Shown here: piece after piece, positions 38,114-52,420 of the stretch
How the letters are laid out: each line of letters opens with the position of its first letter
Numbering within the stretch: the stretch's first letter is position 1
From: Octopus sinensis
Lineage: Eukaryota
DNA: 64,000 bases
NCBI RefSeq assembly: GCF_006345805.1
Contig: NC_042998.1
Location: 199,454,001-199,518,000 of the forward strand
Direction of reading: 5' to 3'
The notes under the pieces: generated by a model
The model's database searches: none
What the model was told of the DNA's origin: nothing
The model's input: only the letters and a program-made list of their open reading frames with translations
Position numbers and translations under genes: made by a program

Positions 38114-38231
<118 letters not shown>

Positions 38232-38252
38232 TATATTCATATATATATATAT

Positions 38253-38293
<41 letters not shown>

Positions 38294-39014
38294 GCAACCA
38301 ATAAACCTAACGTTACAACAGTAATGAGAGAAAGAAACAAAAAAGCATTATAAAATTCCGATGAGACACATTCACAAAACTTCAGAAGTGAACATATAAT
38401 GACCACAACATAAATGTACAGAATCCGAATTGTATCAGAAGAATTGACTGAGAAAAGACTGCTGGACACTAAGCCAATGAAATGAGGATAGCTATCACAC
38501 ACCAAACACGAGTGAGTATATTGCGTGTTGGTGGTGAAATATCGCATGTGTGAATTGGTTACATAGCAATGTTTGAATGTTTGTAGAACAACAAGCGCGT
38601 ATATTGGCATTGATAGAAGCATGTATGGTATGTATGAAGGTATGCGTAATTGAGTTTCGAGTTGGAACATTCTCTAGAGATGACAAACCAGAGCGACTTT
38701 TAATGGTTTCAATCTTTTTAACGGTTTGGATGAAGTCTTAGGAACGTCTTGACATTCCTGAAGATTTGTTAACACAGCAAACGGTGATGTTCAGTCCTGC
38801 CATCGCATATGCACACACATATACTCACGCAAACATACGCATGCATACATATACACACACACGTCGACTCATATAATCCCAGTTAATAGACATACGAGAA
38901 AGAAAAGGGAAAATGTGCATATTGCAAAATAAATAGAATTTGATAGGCCGAACTAGAATGTAAATAAAAACTTTATGATTATGATGATGATGACTATGAT
39001 GGTAAAGTTTTTGG

Positions 39015-39063
<49 letters not shown>

Positions 39064-39119
39064 GATGATGATGATGATGATGATGTGGACGATGATGATG
39101 TGGACGATGATGATGATGG

Positions 39120-39325
39120 TTTCAAATTTTGGTATAAGACTAGCAATTTCGACGGACGAATTACGTCGATTACATCGATACCAGTTGCCCGATTGGTATT
39201 TAATTTATCGACCCCGAAATGATGAAAAGCAAAGTCGAACTCGATGGAATTTTAACTCGAAAGTTAAACGAAATGCCGCTATGCATTTTGCCCGGCGTGC
39301 AAATGATCGTACCAGCCTGTCGCTT
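39120..39325 (-). mobile_element. SINE-B, diverged
   Basis: TTTATCGACCCCGAAATGATGAAAAGCAAAGTCGA...TTTGCCCGGCGTGC. Confidence 0.8.
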
Positions 39326-39441
39326 TCGATAACAACTATAAGAATAACAACAATAGTAATAGTTCGCAAATAGTACCCGTAGAACAATACTTATTAATAG
39401 CATAGTACAGGGATATAAAACATGAAAATAGATATAGCATT

Positions 39442-39790
39442 GGCGCAGGAGTGGCTGTGTGGTAAGTAGCTTGCTTACTAACCACATGGTTCCGGGTTCA
39501 GTCCCACTGCGTGGCACTTTGGGCAAGTGCCTTCTACTATAGCCTCGGGCCGACCAAAGCCTTGTGAGTGGATTTGGTTTGACGGAAACTGAAAGAAGCC
39601 TGTTGTATATATGTATATGTTTGTGTGTCTGTGTTTGTTCCCCCAACATCGCTTGACAACCGATGCTGGTGTGTTTACGTCCCCGTAATAAGTACTAGAT
39701 AGAATAAGTCCTGGGGTCGATTTGCTCGACTAAAGGCGGTGCTCCAGCCTGGCCGCAGTCAAATGACTGAAACAAGTAAAAGAGTAAAGA
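39442..39790 (+). mobile_element. SINE-A, near full length
   Basis: GGCGCAGGAGTGGCTGTGTGGTAAG, B-box GGTTCAGTCC, tail GACTGAAACAAGTAAAAGAG. Confidence 0.9.
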
Positions 39791-42700
39791 GAATATACAA
39801 CAAAAATAAGGGAAGTGACGAAAAACAACAAACCCAAAATACTAGGAATGCATAATGAGAATCAAAACACACGGAACCGGAACAACAAAGGAAAAATATA
39901 AACGAGAAGGAATATGGAGCAAACCTAAGAACTGGAGACAATGAACTCGGAAACTATGTAAATGGTTGCTTTAAAAATGAGTACCATTAAGGAAATAAAA
40001 GTCACAAAAGAACTCAGTATGAACAACTGAATGTACCTCCCAAGAATTAAACTTGATAATGAGACTGCAATAGCAATAAAAATACAATTTGGTCGTTACA
40101 GAACTAACAGCAATAGAAGCAAATGTCAATATGGCCAGACGAAATAAAATAATATATACAGCAGCTTCTTTGGTCCAAAAGGAGAATGGATACTCCCTCA
40201 AATCCATTCCATTCCAATAGGAGTATCCCAACCTAAGCAAAGGGTATGTAAAGAAAAGCAGAAAAAGAAATAAAAATAGAAAAGAAAAACAGAAAGCAAA
40301 ATAGAAAAAGAAGGATCTGTCAATCCTCAATGAAGTTAGTCATCAAACAACGCTACAAAACAAAAATAAAGAAAAATATTACAGAAATATAAAATAACAA
40401 AACAAGATATGTCTGAGATAAAAGAAAAGCTAAAGCAAGATCTCGCTAAAAGAACAAAGTATCCGTTGATATGGGAAACGCGAAAGATTCTTTGAGCGAA
40501 ACAAGCAGTTTAACTTCAATCGAAAACGATTCTACCAAAGACCTGATAAAAGTAATACAGAGATCAATGCAGCACCAGTAGCAGCAGCAGAAGTGGGAGA
40601 TATTTGGAAAGAGGTGTGAGCAGCGAAGGAACCACCCACCAAAAGATGTATTAAAATAACAAGCACAGCACCTAAACAACTGTGGACACCTATAACAACG
40701 GAAGAGGTAACCCAGGCATTGTAAAGGCGCTAAGATGAGGCGGCGAGCTGGCAGAATCATTAGCACGCCAGGCGAAATGCTTAGCGGTGTTTCGTTCTGA
40801 GTTCAAATTCCGCCGAGGTCGACTTTGCCTTTCATTCTTTCGGGGTCGATTAAATAAGTACCAGTTACGCCCTTGGGCTCGATGTAATCGACTTAACCCG
40901 TTTATCTGTCCTTGTTTGTCTCCTCTGTGTTTAGCCCCTTGTGGGTAGTAAAGAAATAATAGCTAAGATAAGACAGGACTCCTGATTTCTAGTTAAAATA
41001 TTTAACAGGTACACATGAAGCGCTGGCAAACAAGTTCAATGAGATGCTGATAAAAAGTCATAGACAAAAACTGAATGATTCACAAAAAGGAAAAACTAGC
41101 ATAATTCTCAAATCCATTGAAGCAAAATATTCGCAAAACTACAGCTACGTACGTGTAATGTCTTCTTTGCAAATTACACAATATTAACTGCAATGATATT
41201 GCAGGAACCGTCTATAAGAAAATACCTTGTTTCCAGAGAAGCTTCATATGGCTATAAAGATGAGTTTTTGACTAGTAAATCCATAACTGAAGACTGCCAG
41301 AAGAAAGGAAAGGCTCTTGGATCGATTATCGATAGGTTTTGGACAGTATTTCCCATACATGGATCCTAGAAACACTAGCCATGAACAAAGTAACACCAAG
41401 AATCAAAAATTGTATGAGACATTCTTTGAATGAAAGGCAAACAGTGCTGCAGCTCCAGACAATAGAGAGACTCCTAAACATTAAAGCCATTTCCATTAGA
41501 AGAGGAATATTCCAGGGGGACATGCTCTCTCAACTCCTTTTCAGTTTGACGCCTTTAACTGATATGCTAAACAGAACTGGATGTGGATACAACTGCTATG
41601 GTATAACAACCAATCATCTCTGGTATATGGATGATCTAAAATCGCATGCTGCAAATGATAAACAGCTGGAAACTGTACTGCCAACAGAATATGGATTTAC
41701 CAAAGAAATAAACATGAAATTTGACTTAGAAAAATGTGCCACAGCAACCTAGAAAAGAGGAAAACTAGTTAAGAGTAACAATATCACAATAGATAAAGCA
41801 AATGAAATAAGATATTAGACTAAAGCCAGACATTCGAATACTTAGGAATCAATGATTTAATACTGTACAACACACAAATGAAAGAGCAGATAAGAAAGAA
41901 ATATTATAGACTAGTTAGATTAACACTTAAAACAGAGCTCAATGCGAAAAACAAGATAATAAATATGAACATTCTAGCTAACCCAGTTATAAGTTACAGC
42001 TACAATGTTCTTAATTAGACTCTAAACTAGACAAGAAAACAAGAAAAAATAATGACAGGATTTAAGCTGCACCACCCAAAATCTGACATAGAAAGGTTAT
42101 ATATACAACGAATTAAAGGTAGTAGAGGGCTTATACGACTAAAAAGCTATGATAAAATAACTACCATAGGACTACAAAAATACCTAGTTCAGAAGCAAGG
42201 AAAAGTGATACAATAAACCACAAAGCACAAGCAAAAAACTGTTTTCTATGTTCAAGGAAGCTGTAAAATACATGAAAGAAGTAATAGTGCCTGAAAACTA
42301 TGAAAAAGAAAAAAACAGGAAACACCTAAAGCGGTAAAACAACTGAATTCCAAACTAAAACTGAAAAAAGAACAAAGTATCATGATAAAACGATGGCAAG
42401 AAAAGCCCTTCAATGATAAACATTGGGATAACCTAAACAGAAAAGAAATAAACAAAGCAAAATCCCAACAATGGTTAAGAAGCTCAGAACTCAAAGCAGA
42501 GCCTGAAGGATTTTTAATTGTACTACAACATCAAAATCTCCCCCACCAGAAATCACCAAAAAAACATATAATGAAGAAACATACAAGTAACAGCAGAATA
42601 TGTGATGATGAGGAAGAAACAATAAATCATATTGTCTCTGGTCGCCCAGTCCTGGCTAAGAAGCATTATATCCATAGACGCGATAGAGTTGGGGCCTATA

Positions 42701-43265
42701 CACACTGGAAGCTATGCCAACACTATGGAATAACAACAGAAAAAGGATGGTATAGACACAGCCCAGAAAAGGTCTGAAATCATGTGAAAGCAGCCCTACT
42801 CTCACATTGGCCGATACATACAGACAGAGATATCAAGATTAGTAGACCGGATATAGCTGTCAGAGATCACCAAGATTTAAAAAATGCTTTCTAAATCAAT
42901 GTATCAATACCAACAGATGACAATGTATCTCTAAAAGGAACGAAGAAGCTCTCAAAATACAAAGATCTGGAAATAGAGATAACCCGAATGTGTAGACTAA
43001 AAAGAGAAACAATCCCTATAATAATAGGTGCATTAGTTGTGATTAAAAACATACAAATACGTAGCTAAAAACACCAGGACTTACGAACGTATATGACATC
43101 CAAATAATAGTACTACTATGCATCCGACGTAAAGCACTTTCAATAGAGTGAAAATAAGAGGACCACAACAAACCGCAGCAAACACCTGAAGGCACACAGA
43201 GCTGCACTCGGTAGTGCAGTGAAAAAGCACGCGATAAAAACAAGGACACTAAATAATGATAATAA
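39790..43265 (+). mobile_element. Degenerate R4/Dong-like RLE LINE (RT, zinc knuckle, RLE, 3' UTR)
   Basis: DSISHTWILE, RRGIFQGDMLS, HLWYMDDLK, MKFDLEKC, WLRSSELKAE, ETINHIVSG, HWKLCQHY, RPDI, KYKDLEIEI; ends in an AAT-rich tail. Confidence 0.9.
40738..40961 (+). mobile_element. SINE-B inserted in the R4-like LINE
   Basis: Consensus match; possible TSD GCTAAGAT at 40729-40736 and 40962-40969. Confidence 0.85.
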
Positions 43266-43689
43266 TTTCTTTTATTTGCTAAAGACATGGTTTCTGAGAT
43301 CAGCAATTTGGAGGCCATCGTTGATTCCTTAAGCGCTTTAAAGATTCTGCTCTCTCGCAATAATGACTGTCTATTTTCTTCAATGGCTTCGCATGACAAG
43401 ATAATAATGAGGAATGCTACGGGAGAATAATCATCTTTCGCTTATTTAAGACCAATCTCAGACTGAATGGTGTAGATTGGAAAGAAATGGAAATACTAAT
43501 ACACATAGTACACGGATTGTTTTTGTTGAAATAACAATGAAAATGAGCTTTAAAAAAATGCACCGAGGCGAATTTTAAGAGACGAACGCTAATGTTATGT
43601 TGGAGAGGGCAGCAAAGCTTAGAGAATTATCCCAATCACAGACTTACAAATACTTATGCTAGACACTGTTCAACAGGTAAACGTACAGA

Positions 43690-44300
43690 TCCAAAAGTAA
43701 ATGATAGGAAATGATATCATTGATGCTTGCATATAAGTATTAATTCTTAAAACAGAGCTATAAAGAACATTATGAAGTTATAGGTAGTGAATAATTTAGT
43801 TGGATGCTAAGTAAATTAGTAAGACTAGACAAGAAAGCAAGTAAAATAATGTTGTATTTAGTGTTCCCCCGCAATCTAACACAAAAGGTTTATATTTACC
43901 AACAACACAAACTGGTTATTATTTTCTTTTTGCAACTAAAAAACTATTGTAAATTATCGAATAGAGGATTAGAAACGTATGATTTAAGAAATAATGGAAT
44001 ACAAATAACTGTAAGTGGATATCTAAACCCACATGCAAAATATCGTTTTATGTAAGGCTGTCAGCAAACATTATGAATATTGAAGCAATATACGACTGTG
44101 AAATAAGAGAGTAAAAACAGAAATATTTTAAAAATTGCTACGCTAAAATGTAGCTACACAATGTACAAAAAATGGTCCCTGCATGGTCAATACATGAAGA
44201 AACTGAACAGAAGGGAAGAGAAACAGATACTGAAAAGTCGTAGCATTGACAGAGAATGCAGAAAGCACTGGTTAATTGTAAATACTGTCTACAAGAATCC
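43690..44300 (+). mobile_element. Additional highly decayed R4-like fragment
   Basis: Parallels 41870-42480 (LKTEL..KN, KLVRLDKKA, KWSLHGQY). Confidence 0.6.
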
Positions 44301-44470
44301 ATTAAAGTCATGTAGGAAGCAGAGTGCTATAAGAAATTACAGAAGAAATGAGGGATGGGCAGAAAACAATAATCACGGTGTTTCTGATTGCTTAGTTTTA
44401 TCCAGACATTTTTTTTTTCAAGAACAGACAAGAGATCCAAGTCTTGTACATTAATGGTAAGAAATGGTAA

Positions 44471-44858
44471 GGCGTAGGAGTGGCTGTGTGGTAAGTAGCT
44501 TGCTAACCAACCACATGGTTCCGGGTTCAGTGTCTTCTGCTATAGCCCCGGGCCGACCAGAGCCTTGTGAGCGGATTTGGTAGACGGAATCTGAAAGAAG
44601 CCTGTCGTATATATATATATATATAAGTGTGTGTGTATGTGTTTGTGTGTCTGTGTTTGTCCCCCCTAGCGTTGCTTGACAACCGATGCTGGTGTGTTTA
44701 CGTCCCCGTCACTTAGCGGTTCGGCAAAAGAGACCGATAGAATAAGTACTGGGCTTACAAAAAGAATAAGTCCCGGGGTCGATTTGCTCGACTGAAGGCG
44801 GTGCTCCAGCATGGCCGCAGTCAAATGACTGAAACAAATAAAAGAGTAAAAGAGTAAA
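44471..44858 (+). mobile_element. SINE-A, near full length
   Basis: Head, microsatellite and tail all present. Confidence 0.9.
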
Positions 44859-45124
44859 CGGCTCAGAAAATGTGGGAGGGGGGGGCAAGAGAGGGGTGTT
44901 TGGAAACACACGAAATATAAAACCCATCTCAAATTGAAATGATGCGTATGTGGGTCGGAGACGTTTTGTCGGTGTCCATTTGGCGCTGCTGAATAAATGC
45001 TGACTTATTTGACACCAGGTGTTTTAACGTTTCCCTTGTTTGCCTCCTCCCTCCCTCCCTCCCTCCCTCCCTCCCTCCCTCACACCTTCTCTCTTTCTTG
45101 GTATTTCTTTTTTCTTCCTTTTTC

Positions 45125-45532
45125 TTTTCATTTTCCTTGTTTCGGTCATTTTGACTGCGGCCATGCTGGAGCACCGCCTTTTAATCGAGCAACACTCGAC
45201 CCCGGGACTTATTCTTTTTGTAAGCCCAGTACTTATTCTATCGGTCTCTTTTGCCGAACCGCTAAGTAACGGGGACATAAACACACCAGCATCGGTTGTC
45301 AAACAATGCTAGGGGGACAAACACAGACACACAAACATACACACACACATATATATATATACATATATACGACGGGCTTCTTTCAGTTTCCGTCTACCAA
45401 ATCCACTCACAAGGCTTTGGTCGGCCCGAGGCTATAGTAGAAAACACTTGCCCAAGGTGCCACGCAGTGGGACTGAACCCGGAACCATGTGGTTGGTAAG
45501 CAAGCTACTTACCATACAGCCCCTCTTGCGCC
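45125..45532 (-). mobile_element. SINE-A, full length, inverted relative to 44471-44858
   Basis: Reverse-complement consensus match. Confidence 0.9.
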
Positions 45533-45769
45533 TATATGGAACTTGTTTTCATAGACTGCAAATTAAGCCAGAATAAGGAAATATTAAATGAAAAGTATTG
45601 GTATAAATATACGCCAAACAAGTATTGAAGGATAAGAAGGGAACCCATATGCCAATTCAAGTAGGGAGATTGAAGAAAATAAACCGGATATTGTAATCAG
45701 AAATACAAGACAATGTCGCATCAAATTAGTATGCCAAGAAATAATTTTGAAAATTATTTGAACTGGCAA

Positions 45770-46490
45770 TGCTTTAGTGGGTCGTTACCATCAACGATAG
45801 ACTATACAGGCACTGCTTTGTTAGATAAGCCGGCAACTACCCCTGTCACCCATGTACGCAGGGCGACGAAACCATCTGACACGCTCTTTTTCAGTGCTCA
45901 TGGATTAGACTCCCTGGCACGTCTACAGTGACAATCAAGCAGCTTTCTGACAAGGGTTGTATGTTGGATGCGGCTGAAAGATCTAGGGACGGGGCTTTTT
46001 CTCACAGAACAGGCCTTCATCAACCACTTGAGGAGGAAGGTAAAGGAAAAATTGGAGGTACTGTCTCCCAGTAAATTTTATAGAAATTAGGCCACAGTGG
46101 TGAACTTTTACCGTTGCCATAGGAGTTCACATCAACTAAGGAGCCATAGGTTAGCAGCTAGAGCTAGCCTTTGGTGAGTCAGAGTAATCCGGGACTGTGT
46201 GTTCGTTCTCTTAACTCCCTAAGCAGTTGCCTACTCTGAACATATGCTTGTAAGCCAGAGGAATTAAGAAAGAGGCACCTGCTGATGTGCCCCTGGGGTT
46301 TGGGGTATCCAAGGTGCGTGCGGCTGTCCCCGGGTGGTGATTCACTGTTTTAGGGAATTTTATTGTTGAATTTTTGTTAACTGTACTTGTTTTAATTTTA
46401 TACAGGAAGATTTGTGCAAGCTCCACTTGACCCTTGTTTTGAAGTGTTCCTTTTCTTTTGTGTCGGCCCTTGTGGCCAATAAAGAAATCA
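45770..46490 (+). mobile_element. L1/Tx1-like LINE 3' end
   Basis: CHPCTQGDETI*HALFQC CCHC knuckle, then WMRLKDLGTG...HLRRKVKEKLEVLSPSKF, 3' UTR, and AATAAA before a trinucleotide tract. Confidence 0.6.
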
Positions 46491-46496
46491 TCATCA

Positions 46497-46572
<76 letters not shown>

Positions 46573-46629
46573 CATCTATATTGTTGTTGTTATGGTGAGT
46601 TTGCAGTAGAATCGTTATATCAAAAAACA

Positions 46630-47050
46630 AAAAAAATGCTTAGCGTTGTTTCTTCCGGTTCTCTGCCTTGTGAGTTCAAATACCGCCAGAATCGAATTTG
46701 TCTTTTATTCTTTCCATTGGATGATAAAACAAGTACCAGGAAAGTACTGGGATCATAATCAACTTCCTCCTCCTCTCAAATTGCTGGTTTTGTGCCAAGA
46801 TTAGGAAAGCTTATTATCATTATTGTTGTCGTTGTTATTGTCGTTGCTGTTGATGTTGTTACAGGTGACGGCGGCGTGGAAAAGGTCCATTACCAACATA
46901 CGCAGAGGCATTTCTTCCCAGTTATTACGTCCTGAATTCCTGAAGTCAGCTTTGCCTTTGATTAATCCGGGGTCAGTAAATTACTATACTTGTTAAGCAC
47001 TGAGATTGGTGGTATCGACTCATCGAGTACCCCAAAATTTTTAGCTTTCT
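46630..47050 (+). mobile_element. Two old SINE-B-type fragments
   Basis: GTGAGTTCAAATACCGCC...GATAAAACAAGTACCAGG (46630-46810) and CTTTGCCTTTGATTAATCCGGGGTCAGTAAA (46860-47050). Confidence 0.6.
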
Positions 47051-47171
47051 GTCTGAAACCCTTGTTTTATCTCTTCACTGTCAAATCCTTCACAAACTCA
47101 AAACGTTTGCTCTAACATTTCTTAATGTTTTTGAAGCTTTCACTAATGAAATAATTTTTCTTTATTTCGAA

Positions 47172-47553
47172 CTAGCAGTATCGCCCGGCGTTGCTCGGGT
47201 TTGTAAGGGAAATAAATATATAAGCATTTTTAGAGATGTAAAGTATAATAGCCATCTCAATATGGCTAACCACAAAGTGGGGTGTTACTGTAGCATTTTA
47301 CGCTCTGAGATTTAATAATACATTTTTAGAGAGTTATTTCCCTTATATAATAGCAAAAAAATGCATTAAAATGGGAAAAAATTATGGTAAATTTTTTTTT
47401 AAATTGTAGACTCATCGTAGAGCCAGAAGGGCTCGATATGAATCACGACTATAAGATACCCGGTTTTGGTTAAACTGCACCGCAAAATGTGGGAGTAGTT
47501 AGGAATCTAAATCGTAGGAGACAGACACACAACTTCACTTTTATATATAAAGA
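47172..47553 (-). mobile_element. Non-autonomous Helitron (family H1, second copy)
   Basis: Near-identical to 1377-1775 with exact TC/CTAG ends in an AT target. Confidence 0.9.
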
Positions 47554-48019
47554 TTTGCTCCTTACTGGGGTTAAATAAAACAGTCGATTTAAAAGCTTAT
47601 TTCTGTTTTATTTTATCATCTATCTCTAACGCAAAATGGCAGGTTTCTTTTCGGTGTCTAACGCATGATAGATTATTTTGTAAAAATCAAACAGCTACAA
47701 AAGACACAAGAAACAAATGAAAGCGTTTATGTGTGTGATGTAAGCCGGCAGTATCTCTGTGTCTATGCCTAGCTGTTCGAAATAAAAGTCCGATGGAATA
47801 AGGATCAAATTTACAACAAGATACTGGAGCCGACTTCATTGACTAAAATATAAAGGCGATGCTCCAGCTTGACCATAGTCTATAGACTGAAATTAATAAG
47901 CGAGGAAAAAGAAAACGTGTAATTTTTTGTAACCTCATAATAGCTATTTGATAATTTGAAGAATTCAAACTCTGTGTATTTGTGATAAATATTGTCTGTA
48001 TGAAATCCGATTTTGATTG

Positions 48020-48560
48020 AAATATTCTAACTGCACTCATTTTCTTCTGTTCAGTGTTGTTAACTCATTTAGCTTTAAGATGAGAATGTAATATTTCTTC
48101 CTATCCTTTTCTTTCTCCTGAGTTCGATGTTCTCTGTCAGGGTCACCAATTTTGAAGAATATATTAGTTTGTGTCTGGCTGAGTTCTCTTTTCTCCGTTT
48201 CTTTGTATAACAGGATATTCTTGGTTGTTTATATTAATTCGTTTCTCTTCGACGTTGCTTTGGTGTGCTTTTCTAGACTATTTGTCAGGACAGTTTCTGA
48301 ACTGATTCCGTGTATTATATGTAATAGTGTTTAGAATTGCTTGTTATCATTAACAGCGTACAAAATTGTATTTATGCTTATAGATTGTCCTTCCACCGAT
48401 GGCATTTTTGTACTAGAACGATCTGGGTTAACGTGTTTGACAATGGGCTAAGCACAAAAAACGAAAGAAGTGCTGAGTTATTTTGCATGTTCTTCTTGTA
48501 GCGATGTGGTTTGATTTTATAATTTCATATTTTGTCTGTATGTGCATAATTGGTTATCCT
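48020..48560 (-). mobile_element. Decayed R4-like LINE fragment
   Basis: Minus-strand similarity to the post-RT region of the other RLE copies; by eye only. Confidence 0.45.
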
Positions 48561-48829
48561 ATGTTCGTGATAGGCCTGATGTACCGGCTTCTGTCGATAT
48601 TACCTTACACATTACAAAAGTTCCCCGAAAACCACAAAGAAAGTGCAATATAGGAAAATGCAAGCTGATATTCAAGTTATTGCCTTCAACACGGAATAAC
48701 TTAATTGGATTGGACATACTGTTCAACTTGTTTAATGTAGATGGTTAATTAAAAATTGAAATTGCAGTCTACATTAATAAAGACCATTGCCAGTCATGAA
48801 CTATACTGAAGTTTGAACGAAGATCAGTG

Positions 48830-50120
48830 CTTAGTTCTACATGAAGGAATAAATGCTGGGTGTGTTTTTTTTTCTCTGGTTGTGCTTGATATCGTATGCC
48901 TGTTGTGATGATCTTCTAACGATGCTTTCAATATCGCGGAAGAATGGACGGTGAGCAGGTACTGAAAATAACGGAAGAAGCTTCTAATCTCACTTGGAGA
49001 ATGCGTAACTGCGGAGTCTTCTAAAGTATTGTGACACACTCCAGCATCTTCCAAGAAACAACTTTCTTTGAGAGCTTCGGAAATGAAAGAATTTGCTCAA
49101 TCAAAATTAATATTTCTTGGTTTCAGTTAGAGTGCTGATACACAAGTCATATAAATGGCGACATCTACCTTGGAAGAGATAGTTTTCATTGTGCTTCAGG
49201 TGGAACAGGCACACATTTTTCGCCAGTCTAATTTTGGCAAAAAAAAAATCGTTTGTTGAAGCAAATTGTTGTAGAAATAGCTTCATTTGGAATACAACGA
49301 CGATAGCAGGAACTTCTCATTCTGCTTTTAAGCTGTCACTCAACATTGCATACAATGACAGTTCTGTGTGTAATATTGAAAAATATCTCAACAGGTAGAG
49401 GTTGTGAAGCAGGCTAAGCTGCAAACGCTTGAGGCTATCATCCACTCTTAATGGGGAGTTGATAGAATCACAGGTTTGGAAATGAGAGGTAAAACTTCAT
49501 CTTTCATCAATAAGAGAGTAACACTTAACGAAGTTATCACGCAGTCCAGTTTACAGCCTGGGGCCGATAGTCGGGCACTCCTTGAGAATGGAGATGTCAA
49601 AATAGAATAACGGGGAAAATTCTTCAACATTTATCAAGAAATGCTACTGAAATTTTATCTAAAACTCTCATGGACTTGTGAAGATTATGAATGACATTCT
49701 GAGCAGGATATCTTCGCTCAAAATATGAAGCAGTACATGATATTGATACCACAACCATTTAACAAGTAGCAGTCCAGTCTAAATGGCAGAAGCCGATTTA
49801 CTCTATAACTGACTTTAATGATACTGCCATTCACACAACCGAGATTTTTAATTTTACAACATTGCATCTCCACTTCAGTCTATGACTGATGGTTGAGACC
49901 CTATTGTATTTGCTTTCAAAATACGGGTGTACCAAATGATCTAAAAGTAAAATTCTTCAACCCCGTATGATCGAAGCCACTATAAATGGTTGTTCCAAGG
50001 AGTGGATATTTTCATCCCGTACAACCGTTAATCTTTTATCTAGGCTAATTCAGCCTCTGCCTTTCCCGTTTATATACGAATTCTTCGGACGCGAAGGCAC
50101 AGGTCTCTCAAAGTGGCCCT
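48830..50120 (+). mobile_element. Decayed Helitron PIF1-like helicase coding region
   Basis: ASGGTG.TF (Walker A remnant), TSHSAFKLSLN...CNIEK, VKQAKL..LEAI, MIEATINGCSK.VDIFIP and KAQ..SLKVA, in the order expected for Helitron RepHel. Confidence 0.8.
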
Positions 50121-51090
50121 AAAATAACTTTTATTTTTCCCAGAGTCGAACTTGATCTATGGTAGTTTATAGCTCACTACGTAAGCAAAACTGTTGTTAT
50201 TGTTATTTACAAATGTTCGTTGAACATTAAATGGCCAATTTTTGTTAATGCATTTACGACTTACAAGAAAGTTTACAAGTACCCTCACTCCCTTATATAC
50301 TCATATTCTCATTTTTTTACATCTGGCTAACCCACGGGAGACAAAAAAAAAAAAGGGAAGATAACCAAAATATTTCCTCTCCACCAAACCGACAGACAAA
50401 CGATGAAAAATAAAAACAAGAAAATAAACAACATTATTTTCAGATGCATAAAAGTTTTAGTGTCTGCTAGCGATTTTGAAGAAACATTATAGAAAAATCC
50501 AACGCTCGTTATATCATGGAGACGAAATTCTAAAAACAAAATCTTATAAGATGACTTACAATTGACCAATATTAGTGTATATATGTGTGCATGTGTGTGT
50601 GTTTGTGTATATATGTCCAGGTGTATGTGGTTGTGTATGTGTGTGTGTGTGTGTGTGGTGTGTGTGTGTGTGTTAAAATGCAACAGTACGTCTATGTGTC
50701 TATGTGGGTATATAATTAATTCGTCTTCGGCTTTTAAAAACGATGTGAGTAGTTCTTTTCTGCTCAATTGACCAAAACTGTCTTATATCTTCACAAACTT
50801 TGCGACATTTTACGCACATATACATACATACATACACACATACACTTCTACAGATATATAAATGTATATAAGCGTTTATATACACAGAACCATATATATA
50901 TATATACATACATATATATATATAATATATATATATATACATACACATACAAATACATAATATATATATATATTTAATGTGTGTATATATGTATATAAAC
51001 ATGTATATGTGTGTCCATATATATATATGTATATATATGTGTGTGTGTGTATATGTGTGTGTATATTTATATATATATATGCATATATGG

Positions 51091-51124
<34 letters not shown>

Positions 51125-51955
51125 TATATTTAATGTGTGTATATATGTATATAAACATGTATATGTGTGTCCATATATATATATATATGTGTGTGTGTGT
51201 ATGCATATATAGTTCGTCTTTCAAGATGGCTACATAAGTATGTATCAGAAACACTTTGTCTCTGTCTTTCTCCCTCACATTATGTGGAATCTAGGATGAG
51301 TACTCAAGCGTACGCATATGCACACACACAAGCACACCCACACACACATCCACACACACACACACACACGTGCGCGCGCACATGTACTCACACAGTCACG
51401 CCTCCACACACACAAGCACACACCTATATTTGCTTATGTATTGTGCCATTGAGAAATGCATACACACACAATCTCATGAATGAAAAGCGTAAACACATTT
51501 ACTTACGCACAATTTTTTCCCCCTTCTTTCTCCCAATAGTTCTCTCTTACTAACTGCTCGTGTCTTCCTCTCACACTCATAAAAGCACACGCATGTACAC
51601 GCATACATTCACACATGAACACAGCCAGACAGAGACACATTTATACAAGCATAGACACACGCATATAAAGATATAAACCCGCATTCACATACGTATGTGT
51701 TTATCAATCTATTCAGAATGATAGATAGGTAGATACATAGATAGATAAGGGGAGGGATAGAGAGAGAAAGAAAAAGCCCAGAGTGATAAAGAAAGGTAGA
51801 CAGAGATAGAATAAAGGAAGAGGGTGATAAAAAGAGAGGGGGGAGTGGGGGAAACATGCACGATCGTACACATGGACGCACACACATACACACGAATAAA
51901 GTGTGAGTATATGTAAGATAAGAGAGTATATTTCTGTCTGTCTATCTATCTATGA

Positions 51956-52022
<67 letters not shown>

Positions 52023-52027
52023 CATAT

Positions 52028-52086
<59 letters not shown>

Positions 52087-52304
52087 TATATATATATATA
52101 CTCACACACATACACCCCTCCATATATATGTGTGTATTTGTATGATAGATAAATAGATATAAATACACCTGCGCACACACACGTATATACATATACATAT
52201 ACATATACATACATGTATATATATATGTACTCACACACATACACCCCCATATATATATGTGTGTATGTGTATATGTGTGTGTATATTTATATATATATAT
52301 ATAT

Positions 52305-52420
52305 ACGCACACACATATATGGACACACGCACACACACATATATGGACACACGCACACACATATATGGACACACGCACACACATATATGGACACACACAC
52401 ACACATATATGGACACACAG
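52305..52420. repeat. Microsatellite-derived 20-22-bp tandem repeat (ACACATATATGGACACACGC), about 5 copies
   Basis: Direct inspection. Confidence 0.85.

Noticed and set aside
38257-38810. Possible terminal exon on the minus strand
   Set aside because: No recognisable protein, weak acceptor, and several equally short frames.
43190-43235. CTGCAC-TCGGTA-GTGCAG-T-GAAA as a hammerhead
   Set aside because: There is no CUGANGA directly before the stem; better read as an R4-like 3' UTR stem-loop.
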